Below are positions 1-10,243 of a stretch of DNA of 64,000 nucleotides, one piece after another (the stretch's first letter is position 1; every line of letters starts with the position of its first letter). The notes under the pieces were generated by a model. That model had not been told where the DNA came from. It saw nothing but the letters and a program-made list of their open reading frames with translations, and did no database searches. A program made the position numbers and the translations under genes. The DNA comes from a bacterium (GTDB taxonomy: Bacteria > Hinthialibacterota > Hinthialibacteria > Hinthialibacterales > Hinthialibacteraceae), in assembly GCA_963663405.2 (NCBI GenBank), contig CAXXSM010000088.1, positions 34,360 to 98,359 of the forward strand. Reading direction: 5' to 3'.

Positions 1-330
1 GCGATCACCAAAGACGTGTGGGTGTCTTCGCAGTAATTTATCACAGATATTATTCAATACATCTAGAATATCAAAACGGTTATCCTCTTCTGCGACGCAG
101 GCGTGGAAAACCACTTGGAGGAGCACATCGCCGCATTCTTCCGCAAGGGCTTTGTCATCACCTTCATCCACACTTTCGACCAGTTCGTACGCTTCTTCAA
201 TCATGTATTTTTTCAAAGTCTCATGGGTCTGTTTCCGATCCCAGGGACATCCATCGGGAGCGCGCAACCTCGCCATGATATCCACCAGCTCTATAAATTT
301 CTCTGCGATCATTTTTTTTCGATCGATCAT
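1..330 (-). CDS. mazG: Nucleoside triphosphate pyrophosphohydrolase MazG (5' part; runs off the window edge)
   Basis: My translation of the minus strand from ATG 330 (GGAG upstream) gives [52 protein letters not shown]...[14 protein letters not shown]...[12 protein letters not shown]. These are classic MazG motifs. Not in the ORF track. Confidence 0.95.
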   Translation of the reverse strand, partial: MIDRKKMIAEKFIELVDIMARLRAPDGCPWDRKQTHETLKKYMIEEAYELVESVDEGDDKALAEECGDVLLQVVFHACVAEEDNRFDILDVLNNICDKLLRRHPHVFGDR

Positions 331-407
331 CAAACTCTCCTGCACAGATTTAAGGTATAATGAATCATAGCATGACCCGGCTGATTTCGAATGTAGAGAG
401 AAAGAGA

Positions 408-1092
408 ATGACACAGCGATTTCTATTCTATTCTATAGTCATCATGTGTGGATTAATCGCGAACCAGACGGCGGCGGATGTGGTTATCTTCCATAACGGG
501 GATTTTAAATATGGGGATGCGAATGTTTTACCGAACGGGGATGTGATTTTGACTGTAAAAGGAGTTTCAAAAGTCTTCAAAGCCACACAAGTAAAGGACG
601 TGGTTAAGGGGATCAACAAACCCGCTCCTGGGGAGGTTGTCCGGGCGACGGATTTCGTCCATGCAGCGACATCTCAAATATTGGATATCACGGGTTGGAT
701 CACTCATCGCACAACCATGACAAATTATGATCAAAAGAAATTCACTATCGACGTGGAAGATGGTTTTGAGATTCCCATCATAAGCGTGTATCCAACCCAC
801 TACACTTTCTTCAAACGGCAGGGAACATTCATGAAAGCCGCGCTGATCAATTCTTCTTCGGATACCTTCAGGGCAGTCCATTTCCGTGTATTCATTTTAT
901 GATCTGCTTGATGAGGAAGAGAAGAAAATATGGGGGGATACGCCTGAAATTCTTCTTGGATCGAAAGATCTATATTTCCGGACTTTCCCAGGCCGAACCA
1001 AGGAGGGACCTTATCGCCTTAAAGTGGAAGTGGATATGCCTGATGTGCCCTATGAGCGGATCGATCGGATTCGGGTGATTCGGCGGTATTGA
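408..1092 (+). CDS. Hypothetical exported protein, split by one frameshift near 895
   Basis: ORF 360..902 has a signal-peptide-like N-terminus from ATG 408 ([23 protein letters not shown]). It overlaps ORF 886..1092, which continues it. Confidence 0.5.
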
Positions 1093-1236
1093 CCGGGGAT
1101 TTTCGTTTGAAGATTCACACGGCATCAAAAAACGCAATCTCTAAACCTTTTTCGTTTGAATCACGAAGCGCCCGGGAATATACAGATTTCATGGAAATAT
1201 TTCGTAGCCATCGCGCCTTTTCCGTGGCATCCGTGA

Positions 1237-2265
1237 TTAAAAATCCACCCCGATTCGAATCGCGGCGAAGGGGCCGTCGTCCAATTCAATCCGGTTATCG
1301 TTCCGGTCATCGTAATCTTCCCCTTCAAAGAAAAACCGGTCGAAGGCGAATCCACCGGATAAATCAAGATAGACATTTCTTGCCAATTCGATCTTGACAC
1401 CGCCTCCAATGCGCTTTTCGTAGAAAAAGAGCCGGTCATCGTCATCAAGCCGGTCCGCAAGGAAGAAGCGGTCATTATCCCAATCGAACCGTGTATAGAG
1501 ACTCACCGGTTTCATCATTTCATAGGTGACCTGCGCGTGGACTTTCCGGAGCGCGAAGTAATTCATTTCAATCCGCAATTCTTCAAACGGGCTGGCGTCT
1601 AAGAAAAGAAATGGAATGCCAACGGCGGCGCGGCAATATTCAGTGGGCTGAAAATAGTATCCGGCGCCGGGAAGAGGGATATTGTTCAAATATTCGCGGT
1701 TGTTGGAATAATGAAGAAACAAGAGCCAGGCGTTATCATCCGCGCTGGGGATTCGTAGAAATCCAGTCGCTCGTGTTTCCATCTCATCCCCACTATCAAA
1801 AAGTTCGTCGCTGGCCGAACCGAATTGAAGGTTTCCTCCTCCGATCCAATCATTGTCGAAAAGCCGCCGGTATGTCGTCCCAAATTGCAGAGACGTAAGA
1901 TCATCAGGAAATCGCCGCCCCGAATCAGGGAAGATGGCGCGGGTGTCAAAATCGATATAATCGATTGATGTATTGAGTGTCCATTCATTCTCCGCATTCT
2001 GCCAGGCCGGATAGATCAAACCCGCGTTGTGCCGGGTGAATTCCATATCCGCCGCCTGATGGCGGATACTTTCTTCGGCGAAGTATCCAGCCTCATAGAA
2101 TGGAATCGGTTTTAGATCGCCCATGGATGGTTTGAACCAGAGTTTCAGATCGCTCTGCGCCTCTGTGTTTGAAGGGATTGCGATCATCACAAGAAATCCT
2201 GCTCCAATCCAACAAGCGAAGGTATATAATAACCGAAAACTCATCAGATATTTTTTCCTTTTCAC
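1237..2265 (-). CDS. Putative outer-membrane beta-barrel protein
   Basis: Signal peptide, alternating amphipathic strands rich in aromatic residues and Gly, and a C-terminal ...AAIRIGVDF ending in Phe. Confidence 0.65.
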   Translation of the reverse strand: MKRKKYLMSFRLLYTFACWIGAGFLVMIAIPSNTEAQSDLKLWFKPSMGDLKPIPFYEAGYFAEESIRHQAADMEFTRHNAGLIYPAWQNAENEWTLNTSIDYIDFDTRAIFPDSGRRFPDDLTSLQFGTTYRRLFDNDWIGGGNLQFGSASDELFDSGDEMETRATGFLRIPSADDNAWLLFLHYSNNREYLNNIPLPGAGYYFQPTEYCRAAVGIPFLFLDASPFEELRIEMNYFALRKVHAQVTYEMMKPVSLYTRFDWDNDRFFLADRLDDDDRLFFYEKRIGGGVKIELARNVYLDLSGGFAFDRFFFEGEDYDDRNDNRIELDDGPFAAIRIGVDF

Positions 2266-2396
2266 TTTTCCATCCCCTATTCTTTCTTGTCTATTTTTGG
2301 TTAAGTATAGTTATACCCCATCTGTTGATTGAAAAAAAGAGAGCGGTTCTCTTTCCCAGAATAATAATAGAATAGCCGATTGGAGGGAAACAAAAA

Positions 2397-4450
2397 ATGA
2401 AGTGGAAAACCTTATTGTTAATTGTCAGCGGCATTGGACTTCTGTGGATGAGTACAGGCGCTTTTGCTGATACCTATCCCATTCAAACGGCGCCCGCCTT
2501 GGATCAGAGTAATAATATTCGAAACTATCTGATGCGCGTAGCGAGTGATGTGACCCATCACTCATTGGATGGAATCGAGACTCTTGACGATTGGAAAAAG
2601 ATCCGAAGTCAGCGCTATCAACAATACCTCGAAATGATGAGTCTGACAGATGTGCCCTTAGAAGGAGAACGTCCCGCCGCTTAATGTTCATATTGTTGAC
2701 ACGATCCAGCAGGATGGATTTCGTATTCAGAAACTCTGGTATGAATCTTTGCCGAAATTGTACGTTCCAGCGGATCTGTATATTCCCGATGGGATAACCG
2801 ATCCGGTTCCAGGAGTGATCTATGTCTGCGGTCATTCACGCACACAGAAAGTCCATTATCAAGGCTATCCAAGGAAATTCGCGCAGTTGGGATTTGTTTG
2901 TCTAATTATTGAAACCATTCAATGGGGCGAAGTGAAAGGATCGCACTGGGGATGCTATGCCGAAGGGCGTTTCAATTGGTACAGCCGGGGATACATGCCG
3001 GGTGGAGTGGAATTATGGAACGCCATTCGTGGATTGGATCTTCTCTGTTCGTTGGATGAAGTGAATCCGGACAAACTGGGCGTGACTGGCATATCGGGTG
3101 GAGGCACTCAGAGCTGGTACATCGCCGCCGCCGATCCACGGATTAAAGTATCCGCGCCGGTTTGTGGAACGTCGACTGTTGAATCTCATATCCACCAGCG
3201 CACCATTGATGGGCACTGCGATTGTATGATGCCGATCAACACCTACCTTCAGGATTTCCATGACATTGGCGCGTTAATCGCTCCCCGGCCTTTGATGATC
3301 GCATCCGCCGATCGGGATGGGCTTAATTCGATTGAAGCGGCCCATCAATGTCATGATTACATCAAGAAGATTTACGATCTGTATGGCGCGGGAGATAATC
3401 TGTATTTTGTTGAAACACCAGGAGGACATTCCTATCATGAAAGTTCCCGCACCAAAATCTTCTCCCTTTTTATGAAGGAACTTATGGGGAAAGATGTTCC
3501 TCCGGAAGAAGTTGGGGACATTGATCTGACTCAAGAATCGTTTCTCTCCGTTGAAGAATTGCAGATCTATGTTGATGGCCCTCCAACGGACGACCGCACG
3601 ACAACGATTCAAGATTCGTTTCAGAAAATGGCGGAACCGCCCTCGATTAAAACAACGGAGGATTTAAAACAATACCGGGGATCAAACCATTGCTCTATTA
3701 AAGGAAAAAACGTTTCGGGCGTTTCCAAAAGATCCTTGCGATTTATCGATCCGTCAGGAATTCAGAGCGCGTAATGGCAATGGAGGCTACCGTGATTACA
3801 GTTTTGTTCCGGAAGAAGGTTTCCGGCTACGTGTGAGAGTGCATTGGAGAGACAATCCAGACGCGAAACGGCCGTTATTGCTGGTCCTGCGCAATCCCAA
3901 CGAAGAACGCTGGGCGTCGGAAGGTTTCTCCAGTGGAGCGCCCTGGAACCAAGCGTATTTCGAGGCGCGCGGCATCGGCGCGACAAGCTGGAGTCAAGGA
4001 TTGCAATGGCACCTCCGGCGCGCGTCCGCTTGGACGGGGAGGACCATCGCTTCAATGCGTGTGTATGATGTGTTGCGGTGTCTGGAAACGCTTCGAAAAC
4101 TGGATGGAGTGGATGGTGATAAAATTGCGATCGCCGCGCGGGGAGAAATGGCGGCGGTAGCGCTATATGCGGCGTTATTGGACGGGAAAGTTCATACTGT
4201 TCTGCTCGCCGATCCTCCCGCGACACAGAATGCGGAAAGCGCGAAAGACGGACGGGGTGAAGCGATTGAAATGCTCAATTGCTTGCGCATAACGGATCTC
4301 CCTCAAACCGCCGCCGCGATCTGGCCGGCGCATGTTCGTTTTCTCGGAACTCCACCTTCCACATACAACTGGGCGTTAAATGTATCTGAAACGATTGGAG
4401 ATAAAAATAGAATACAAGTCATAAACCGCATGGCCGATTGGAGACCGTGA
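2397..4450 (+). CDS. Secreted alpha/beta-hydrolase (acetyl xylan esterase/dienelactone hydrolase-like), two frameshifts
   Basis: Three consecutive ORFs (2397..2684, 2749..3774, 3833..4450). Signal peptide, VIYVCGH, nucleophile elbow GVTGISGGG, ALIAPRPL, and a second degenerate hydrolase domain (GRTIASMRVYD). Confidence 0.8.
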
Positions 4451-4506
4451 TAAATACACATTAAATGTAAGTTTTTCAGCCGTATAAAAATATAAAGGAT
4501 AAAATA

Positions 4507-5961
4507 ATGAGAATACGATTGTTTTGCTTATTACTATTCATTGTCATCAATTCACCTGTGAACGCAGGCACAATCACAGTGGCGCAGGATGGATCTAGGG
4601 ATGTGAACAGTGTCCAAGCCGCTGTGGCCACCGTGGATAATGGAGACGAGATCGTTATTTTGGACAGCGCTGTGTATGAAGAAGATTTAATCGCCGGCGC
4701 CGCCGCTGAATTTGCCTCTCAGTTCACCTTGAAAGCGGCCGAGGGACAGACGCCTGTAATCCGCGCTTTGAATGCTTCTTCGCGGTTGGAACCATATGGC
4801 GTTCCTAGCACGGATCTCCTTGGCGCGATCTTTTTTGGATGCGTGGGAGTCTTGATCGAAGGAATTACATTCGAGAATCAGACCACGGATGTCAATGCTA
4901 ATACAATCTCCAGCGCAATTGCTTTATTGGATTGCAATAACGTCACTCTCCGAAATTGCACGATCCGGGGCGCGGGGGGACCGGGAACGGGATACGCCGC
5001 ATTCAATTTCGGCATTCTTGTCTATGGACTATCTTTGGCTCCCACCGGAATCCTTCTTGAGGACTGTGTTGTCGAGGAATGTCATTTTGGCGTACAGTTT
5101 TTAAAAGCGGAAGCGGGCGCTCCAACAGATCCATCCGTCACACTCCGACGATGCGTAATTCAGAACTGCAATGGAAATGGGATCGAAATGGATTGCGCGT
5201 CAACGCCTGAACCCGTAGATCCCAACCGCCAGGCTATAGGCGAGGGCCATCTCATCGAAGACACTCAGATCATTAATTGTCAAAATCCCGCGACATTGGG
5301 TGGTGGAAAAATCGTGTTTCGGAACTGTGATTTACTTGGCAATCGCGGTTATATGAATATCGATAAACAAGACACGGGTGAATTGCCTGTCCTGGCTGAA
5401 TTAGATAATGTTGCGATTATCGGTTCAGAAAATATGGGGATACGAGTCATCGATGGGATTGTGAATATGACCCGCTGCATCATCGCCGGATGCGCGAATG
5501 AAGGTCTTTATGTTAGAGAGAACGCGGATGAGGCTCTGGTCACGGTCGATCATTGCGATTTCTATCAAAACCTTGTCAATACGCCTGAATCATTTGAAAT
5601 CCGTCTTGATCCGGCTACGGTGCTCGATCGGATTATCAATGTAAGCAATACCAACGTCATTGGCGTGGCGGGGATCATCAACGGCAATCCTGATGCGCCG
5701 GACTTTTACGATGACGACGCGGTGACGGCGTCATATTGCAATGTGCAGGCCGAGTTCGAAACCTACCTGAACGTCACCGTGGACCATGATGTGTCTCTTG
5801 ATCCAATGTATGTCAATCCCAGCGCCGATCCAGAAACCTTCACCCGTGAAGGATTTCAACTGCAGGAAGATTCACCGATCGCCACCGCTGGGAGTGATGG
5901 TGGTTATATTGGTTCGCAAGGACTTGTTCCTGTTGGAATTTTACATTGGATGATGTATTGA
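4507..5961 (+). CDS. Secreted right-handed parallel beta-helix repeat protein
   Basis: Signal peptide, SVQAAV start, repeated (V/I)xLxxCxI rungs, DPMYVNP...FQLQEDSP end typical of pectin-lyase-fold proteins. C-terminus is VPVGILHWMMY. Confidence 0.75.
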   Translation: MRIRLFCLLLFIVINSPVNAGTITVAQDGSRDVNSVQAAVATVDNGDEIVILDSAVYEEDLIAGAAAEFASQFTLKAAEGQTPVIRALNASSRLEPYGVPSTDLLGAIFFGCVGVLIEGITFENQTTDVNANTISSAIALLDCNNVTLRNCTIRGAGGPGTGYAAFNFGILVYGLSLAPTGILLEDCVVEECHFGVQFLKAEAGAPTDPSVTLRRCVIQNCNGNGIEMDCASTPEPVDPNRQAIGEGHLIEDTQIINCQNPATLGGGKIVFRNCDLLGNRGYMNIDKQDTGELPVLAELDNVAIIGSENMGIRVIDGIVNMTRCIIAGCANEGLYVRENADEALVTVDHCDFYQNLVNTPESFEIRLDPATVLDRIINVSNTNVIGVAGIINGNPDAPDFYDDDAVTASYCNVQAEFETYLNVTVDHDVSLDPMYVNPSADPETFTREGFQLQEDSPIATAGSDGGYIGSQGLVPVGILHWMMY

Positions 5962-6095
5962 TATCGCGCCATCCACCAACATATTAACTACACACTTGTT
6001 ATTCTTCCTTACGTGATAATTTATCGTGTCCAGGTGTAAACGGCGCCCCACACATTCTTGTCCCACCCTTTTTTAATCCATAGGAGAGTGTCACT

Positions 6096-6767
6096 ATGAA
6101 ATCCAGTCAAATGCCATTTAGCATAATCCATACTACATTGAAAGCGTTGCTTGTATTGTTAGCAATTCCAGTGAGTATTGACATAGCGCAGTCCAGCGAT
6201 TCGTCTGATGGATTGGATTTAAAAGGCGCGCGGATCGCTATCATTGTGGCGGAAGGGTATCACGATCATGAATTCTGGTTTCCCTATTACCGGTTCAAGG
6301 AAGAAGGCGCGGAAGTGATTGTGGCCGGTCCAAAAAAGGGAACGATTTATGGGGAGGGATTGCATGGGAAAGATGGCTTGCCTGCTAATATTCCTCATAC
6401 GGTCGAAGAGATCATGGATCAGGAATTCGATCTCATTTATCTCCCCGGCGGTTTATGGGCGCCGATGACCTTGCGCGTCCACCGTCCAACAATTGAATTG
6501 GTGAAGAAAGCGATGAAAGAAGATACACTCGTTGCGGCGATCTGTCATGCGTCATGGATTCTTGTCTCAGCGGATGAGGTGAAAGATCGAAAGATCGCCT
6601 GCCCATCCGACATGGCGGTGGATGTGACTAACGCGGGTGGGATCTATGTCAAAGACCGCTGTGTTCGAGATGGTAATCTAATCACAGCCGTTTACTTTGG
6701 TTATCTACCAGAGCATTTTCGCGTATTGATGCCTGCGCTTAGAGGAAAAATCTTAAAAAAAGAATGA
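6096..6767 (+). CDS. DJ-1/PfpI family protein (type 1 glutamine amidotransferase-like) with N-terminal signal peptide
   Basis: IAIIVAEGYHDHE, FDLIYLPGG, AAICHA (nucleophile Cys) and DGNLITA motifs. Confidence 0.9.
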   Translation: MKSSQMPFSIIHTTLKALLVLLAIPVSIDIAQSSDSSDGLDLKGARIAIIVAEGYHDHEFWFPYYRFKEEGAEVIVAGPKKGTIYGEGLHGKDGLPANIPHTVEEIMDQEFDLIYLPGGLWAPMTLRVHRPTIELVKKAMKEDTLVAAICHASWILVSADEVKDRKIACPSDMAVDVTNAGGIYVKDRCVRDGNLITAVYFGYLPEHFRVLMPALRGKILKKE

Positions 6768-6904
6768 TAGGGTGTACAATGTAAGGAATTTATGAAAAAT
6801 ATCTGGAAAAGATAGACTGAAATTTACTATATTCTACAATTTAATAATACCCCGTGTGACGAGAACTTACTAAACTCTATCAGTAGCATGAAAGTGAGTG
6901 AGCG

Positions 6905-7498
6905 ATGTTATCTGATCAGGAAAAGAAACAAAGCGCGTTTACGCTGATCGAGTTGTTGATTGTCGTGGCGATCATCGGCATTTTGGCGGCGATCGCCGTT
7001 CCAAACATGCTGAACGCGCAGATGAAAGCCCGCATCAGCCGCGTACACGCCGACCAGAAAGCCGTCAGCGACGCGTTGGAGATGTATTACATCGATTGGA
7101 ATACATATGTGGAAGACCACGATTACCCTTCGGACACGTCACAACGTGGATTATTCCGCTTGACCTCACCGATGGCGTATATGTCCTCCCTGCCCAGAGA
7201 TCCATTCATCCCTTCCTACAAAGAGGGGAACGAGGAAGACAATCCGACCTTTGAATTCGGTTCCGGCCACGCTACGCAATCCAAGCAATGGCCCGCGCAA
7301 GCGTATATTATCATATCACCCGGCCCGGATTTAGAAGAACAAGTCAGTGGAAACGACGGATTCCCCCGGAACGTAAAAATTTACCGCTATTCGATCACCA
7401 ACGGAACCATGAGCAGTGGGGATATCGTCCGATTGGGAGGAAATTACAATTCCGGCGTCATTGTGATGGATGGTAAGTATTTCGTCGGTTCTCCATAA
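6905..7498 (+). CDS. Prepilin-type N-terminal cleavage/methylation domain protein (GspG-like pseudopilin)
   Basis: SA|FTLIELLIVVAIIGILAAIAVP type IV pilin N-terminus with Glu at +5. Confidence 0.9.
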   Translation: MLSDQEKKQSAFTLIELLIVVAIIGILAAIAVPNMLNAQMKARISRVHADQKAVSDALEMYYIDWNTYVEDHDYPSDTSQRGLFRLTSPMAYMSSLPRDPFIPSYKEGNEEDNPTFEFGSGHATQSKQWPAQAYIIISPGPDLEEQVSGNDGFPRNVKIYRYSITNGTMSSGDIVRLGGNYNSGVIVMDGKYFVGSP

Positions 7499-7524
7499 AG
7501 TATAAGCGTTTATATGATTTCAAT

Positions 7525-7569
7525 AGATGGTGGGCTGCAATTTGTGTCAGCCCACCATCTTTTATTTTT
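7525..7569 (+). terminator. Rho-independent terminator after the pseudopilin gene
   Basis: 13-bp perfect stem AGATGGTGGGCTG / CAGCCCACCATCT with a 10-nt loop, followed by TTTATTTTT. Confidence 0.8.
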
Positions 7570-7652
7570 AGCTATTGATAAAAAAGAAAATGAATCGTAT
7601 GATGTGAATAGATGTGGACATTCGATTAATAATGATGAAGGATTGTATAGTC

Positions 7653-7799
7653 ATGTTAAAACAATTTACTTTAGAGTACTGGCTTGATGATGATTGGTAT
7701 GTAGGACGATTAAAAGAAGTCCCCGGCGTATTTAGCCAAGGAGAAACTCTTGAGGAACTGGAAGAGAATATACTTTACGCAAATCAGATTACTTTGTAA
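7653..7799 (+). pseudogene. hicB: Truncated HicB-family antitoxin (48 aa)
   Basis: MLKQFTLEYWLDDDWYVGRLKEVPGVFSQGETLEELEENI is a HicB N-terminal fold. It diverges and stops before the end of the C-terminal helix. Confidence 0.8.
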
Positions 7800-7835
7800 T
7801 ATATAGATAACCGTTTTTAATAAAGAGAGAATATC

Positions 7836-10049
7836 ATGGTAGATCCAGTAATGAGTATCGCTTCTGACACAGCAGTTGGGATTATCTCTGAATTATTCAA
7901 AAAAAGTCTCAGCACATTTAAAGACGCTAAAATATTGATTCGTAGTAAATATCAGAAAAGCAATTCAATTGGAATGAATGCTCGGAATTATGCAAATCAA
8001 ATGGAAATACGATATAACTCTATGCGTATCTTCGGAATGAGCGAACCACGACCTTTGCGCAATATATACGTAAGAGTAAATATCCTGGAGAAAATCCGCG
8101 CGCGAATGAGAATTTCTATTGAAGAATTAGAAAAAGCCGTGGATTGCGACAGGCTAGGTTTTGGAAATGTGTTGGAAACCAAGGCTGGTTTGAATGTGAT
8201 AGACGAGATTGAGAAAGTGATCGTTCTTGGGAAACCGGGAGCTGGTAAAACTACCTTTTTGAAATACATCGCTTTAATGGCGATGGATGGGAAACTGAAA
8301 AAAAACCGTATTCCCGTTTTTGTTGGTCTAAAAGAATGGTCGGATACGAAATTGGCTTTACTCGATTTTATAGTTGAACAGTTTGATATCTGTGGTTTTC
8401 CAGAAGCGAAACCTTATATCGAACATGTATTAAAACAAGGAAACTGCATTCTTCTTTTAGATGGTTTTGATGAAATAACGGTAGACCTTGATAAGGCGAT
8501 TAAAGAAATTCTTGATTTTTCGGACAAATACAGTAAAAACCAATTTGTTCTCAGTTGTCGTATCGCCGCGTTTAATTATGTATTTGAAAAATTTACTGAA
8601 GTCGAGATGGCAGATTTTGATGACGAACAGATCGAAGCGTTTATTAAAAACTGGTTTGGGAAAGATATAAAGACAGCGCATGAGTGTTGGAAGAAAATGG
8701 AAGAAAATAAATTCATTAAGGAGATCGCGTCTATTCCCCTTTTACTCACTTTACTCTGTCTGGCATATGATGAAAATTTGGATTTTTCTTCGAATCGCGC
8801 AGAATTATATGGTGATGGGATTGACACTCTTCTTAAAAAATGGGATAAATCGAGAAGAATCAAACGGCAGGAAATATACAAAAATCTCTTGCCTGATAGA
8901 AAAAAGAGTATGCTTGGAAAAATCGCTGCAAAGTCCTTTCAGGATAACCATTATTTTCTACCGAAGCGGACACTAGAAAATTATATCGCTGATTATATTC
9001 AACATCTTCCGGAAGCGAATATAGATTCCCTTCAATTGGATAGCGAAGCCGAATTAAAAGCGATTGAAGCGCAACATGGTTTACTCGTAGAACGTGCAAA
9101 AGGTATCTATTCATTCTCCCATTTAACTTTTCAGGAATATTTTACTGCGTATTATATAGTTGAAAACAAAGAAAAAGGAAGTTTTGAGATTCTTGCGAAT
9201 CATTTAAATGAAGATAAATGGAGAGAGGTTTTTCTTCTAACAGTGGGTATGTTGCCCGAAGCGGATGACTTTCTTTTATACGTACGAAAGAAAATCCATG
9301 AATTCACAAATCAGAGAATCTCATTATTCCTTGATACTGCAACTCAGTGTATAAAGGAAACATCCAATTACCCCCCTCATATTTGTAAAGTATTGTCAAT
9401 CAATATTGTTCTTTTTATTGTCAACTCTCTTCATTTACCTTATACCCATCGACGTGTTAATGATCGTGACCAAGCCTTTGATCTTGCTCATACGTGTGAA
9501 CTTATCCTAAACCTTGATCGTAACTTTTCTAGTATTCATTCTAGTATTATTAATCGTTCTCATGTGCGTGCATTTGCTTTTGATCTTGCCAATGACCTAG
9601 ATGTTAAGTTAAAAAATAATCAAATTGAAAAACTCGTTTTCGATTTTTTCTCTGATTTAAATAAAAAAGATATATCTTCTCTCTATCTCTACATACACAG
9701 TACTCATTTATTGGTGGAATGCCTTGATATAGGTTGTTATATTTCGAAAGAGACTCGGCAAGAATTGTTGGATAGTCTTTTAACGGAAACTTGGAAAGAA
9801 AAGGGAGTTATGTATGACCTTGAAAAGAAAGTAAATTTAATCTTCTTAAAACATTTTACTTTAGAGTATTGGATTGATGATAGTTGGTATATTGGACGAT
9901 TGCTGGAAATTCCCGGAGTATTTAGCCAAGGAAAAACTCTGAATGAATTGGAAGATAACATAATAGACGCTTTTAATATGATGTATGAAGAAGAGGAATA
10001 TACACCACAAAAAGATATTCACACTAAGAAACTAGGAGTCGCAGTGTGA
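7836..10049 (+). CDS. NACHT-family STAND NTPase with a C-terminally fused HicB antitoxin domain
   Basis: Walker A GKPGAGKTT, Walker B LLLDGFDE, SCR, IPLLL and winged-helix FSHLTFQEYFTA. The last ~70 aa (FTLEYWIDDSWYIGRLLEIPGVFSQGKTLNELEDNIIDAFNMM) are HicB-like. The sequence is visibly AT-rich. Confidence 0.9.
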   Translation: MVDPVMSIASDTAVGIISELFKKSLSTFKDAKILIRSKYQKSNSIGMNARNYANQMEIRYNSMRIFGMSEPRPLRNIYVRVNILEKIRARMRISIEELEKAVDCDRLGFGNVLETKAGLNVIDEIEKVIVLGKPGAGKTTFLKYIALMAMDGKLKKNRIPVFVGLKEWSDTKLALLDFIVEQFDICGFPEAKPYIEHVLKQGNCILLLDGFDEITVDLDKAIKEILDFSDKYSKNQFVLSCRIAAFNYVFEKFTEVEMADFDDEQIEAFIKNWFGKDIKTAHECWKKMEENKFIKEIASIPLLLTLLCLAYDENLDFSSNRAELYGDGIDTLLKKWDKSRRIKRQEIYKNLLPDRKKSMLGKIAAKSFQDNHYFLPKRTLENYIADYIQHLPEANIDSLQLDSEAELKAIEAQHGLLVERAKGIYSFSHLTFQEYFTAYYIVENKEKGSFEILANHLNEDKWREVFLLTVGMLPEADDFLLYVRKKIHEFTNQRISLFLDTATQCIKETSNYPPHICKVLSINIVLFIVNSLHLPYTHRRVNDRDQAFDLAHTCELILNLDRNFSSIHSSIINRSHVRAFAFDLANDLDVKLKNNQIEKLVFDFFSDLNKKDISSLYLYIHSTHLLVECLDIGCYISKETRQELLDSLLTETWKEKGVMYDLEKKVNLIFLKHFTLEYWIDDSWYIGRLLEIPGVFSQGKTLNELEDNIIDAFNMMYEEEEYTPQKDIHTKKLGVAV

Positions 10050-10222
10050 AGCGAAAAGAATTTATTCGCGAATTGAATGCGGCTGGCTGTTATTTGAAAC
10101 GTCATGGGAACCGACATGATATTTATGAAAATCCAAAAAATGGGAATAAAGCCCCAGTGCCACGACACAATGAAATTAAAAATGATCTCTGTGATTTGAT
10201 ACGCAAGCAACTAAGAATTTAA
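10046..10222 (+). CDS. hicA: HicA-family toxin (mRNA interferase), 58 aa
   Basis: My translation from GTG 10046 (AGGAG upstream, GTGA overlap with the NACHT stop) gives MKRKEFIRELNAAGCYLKRHGNRHDIYENPKNGNKAPVPRHNEIKNDLCDLIRKQLRI. It has the HicA G-x-x-H catalytic His and VPRH motif. Below the ORF-track length cutoff. Confidence 0.92.
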   Translation: MKRKEFIRELNAAGCYLKRHGNRHDIYENPKNGNKAPVPRHNEIKNDLCDLIRKQLRI

Positions 10223-10243
10223 AGTTATACTTTTTTAATCTCC

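Noticed and set aside
18-370. Plus-strand ORFs 18..278, 103..360 and 152..370, and similar short antisense ORFs throughout (e.g. 10019..10210, 11192..11797, 19618..20364, 63716..63916)
   Set aside because: They are shadows of well-supported genes on the opposite strand (mazG, hicA, GH57, PHP, amrB).
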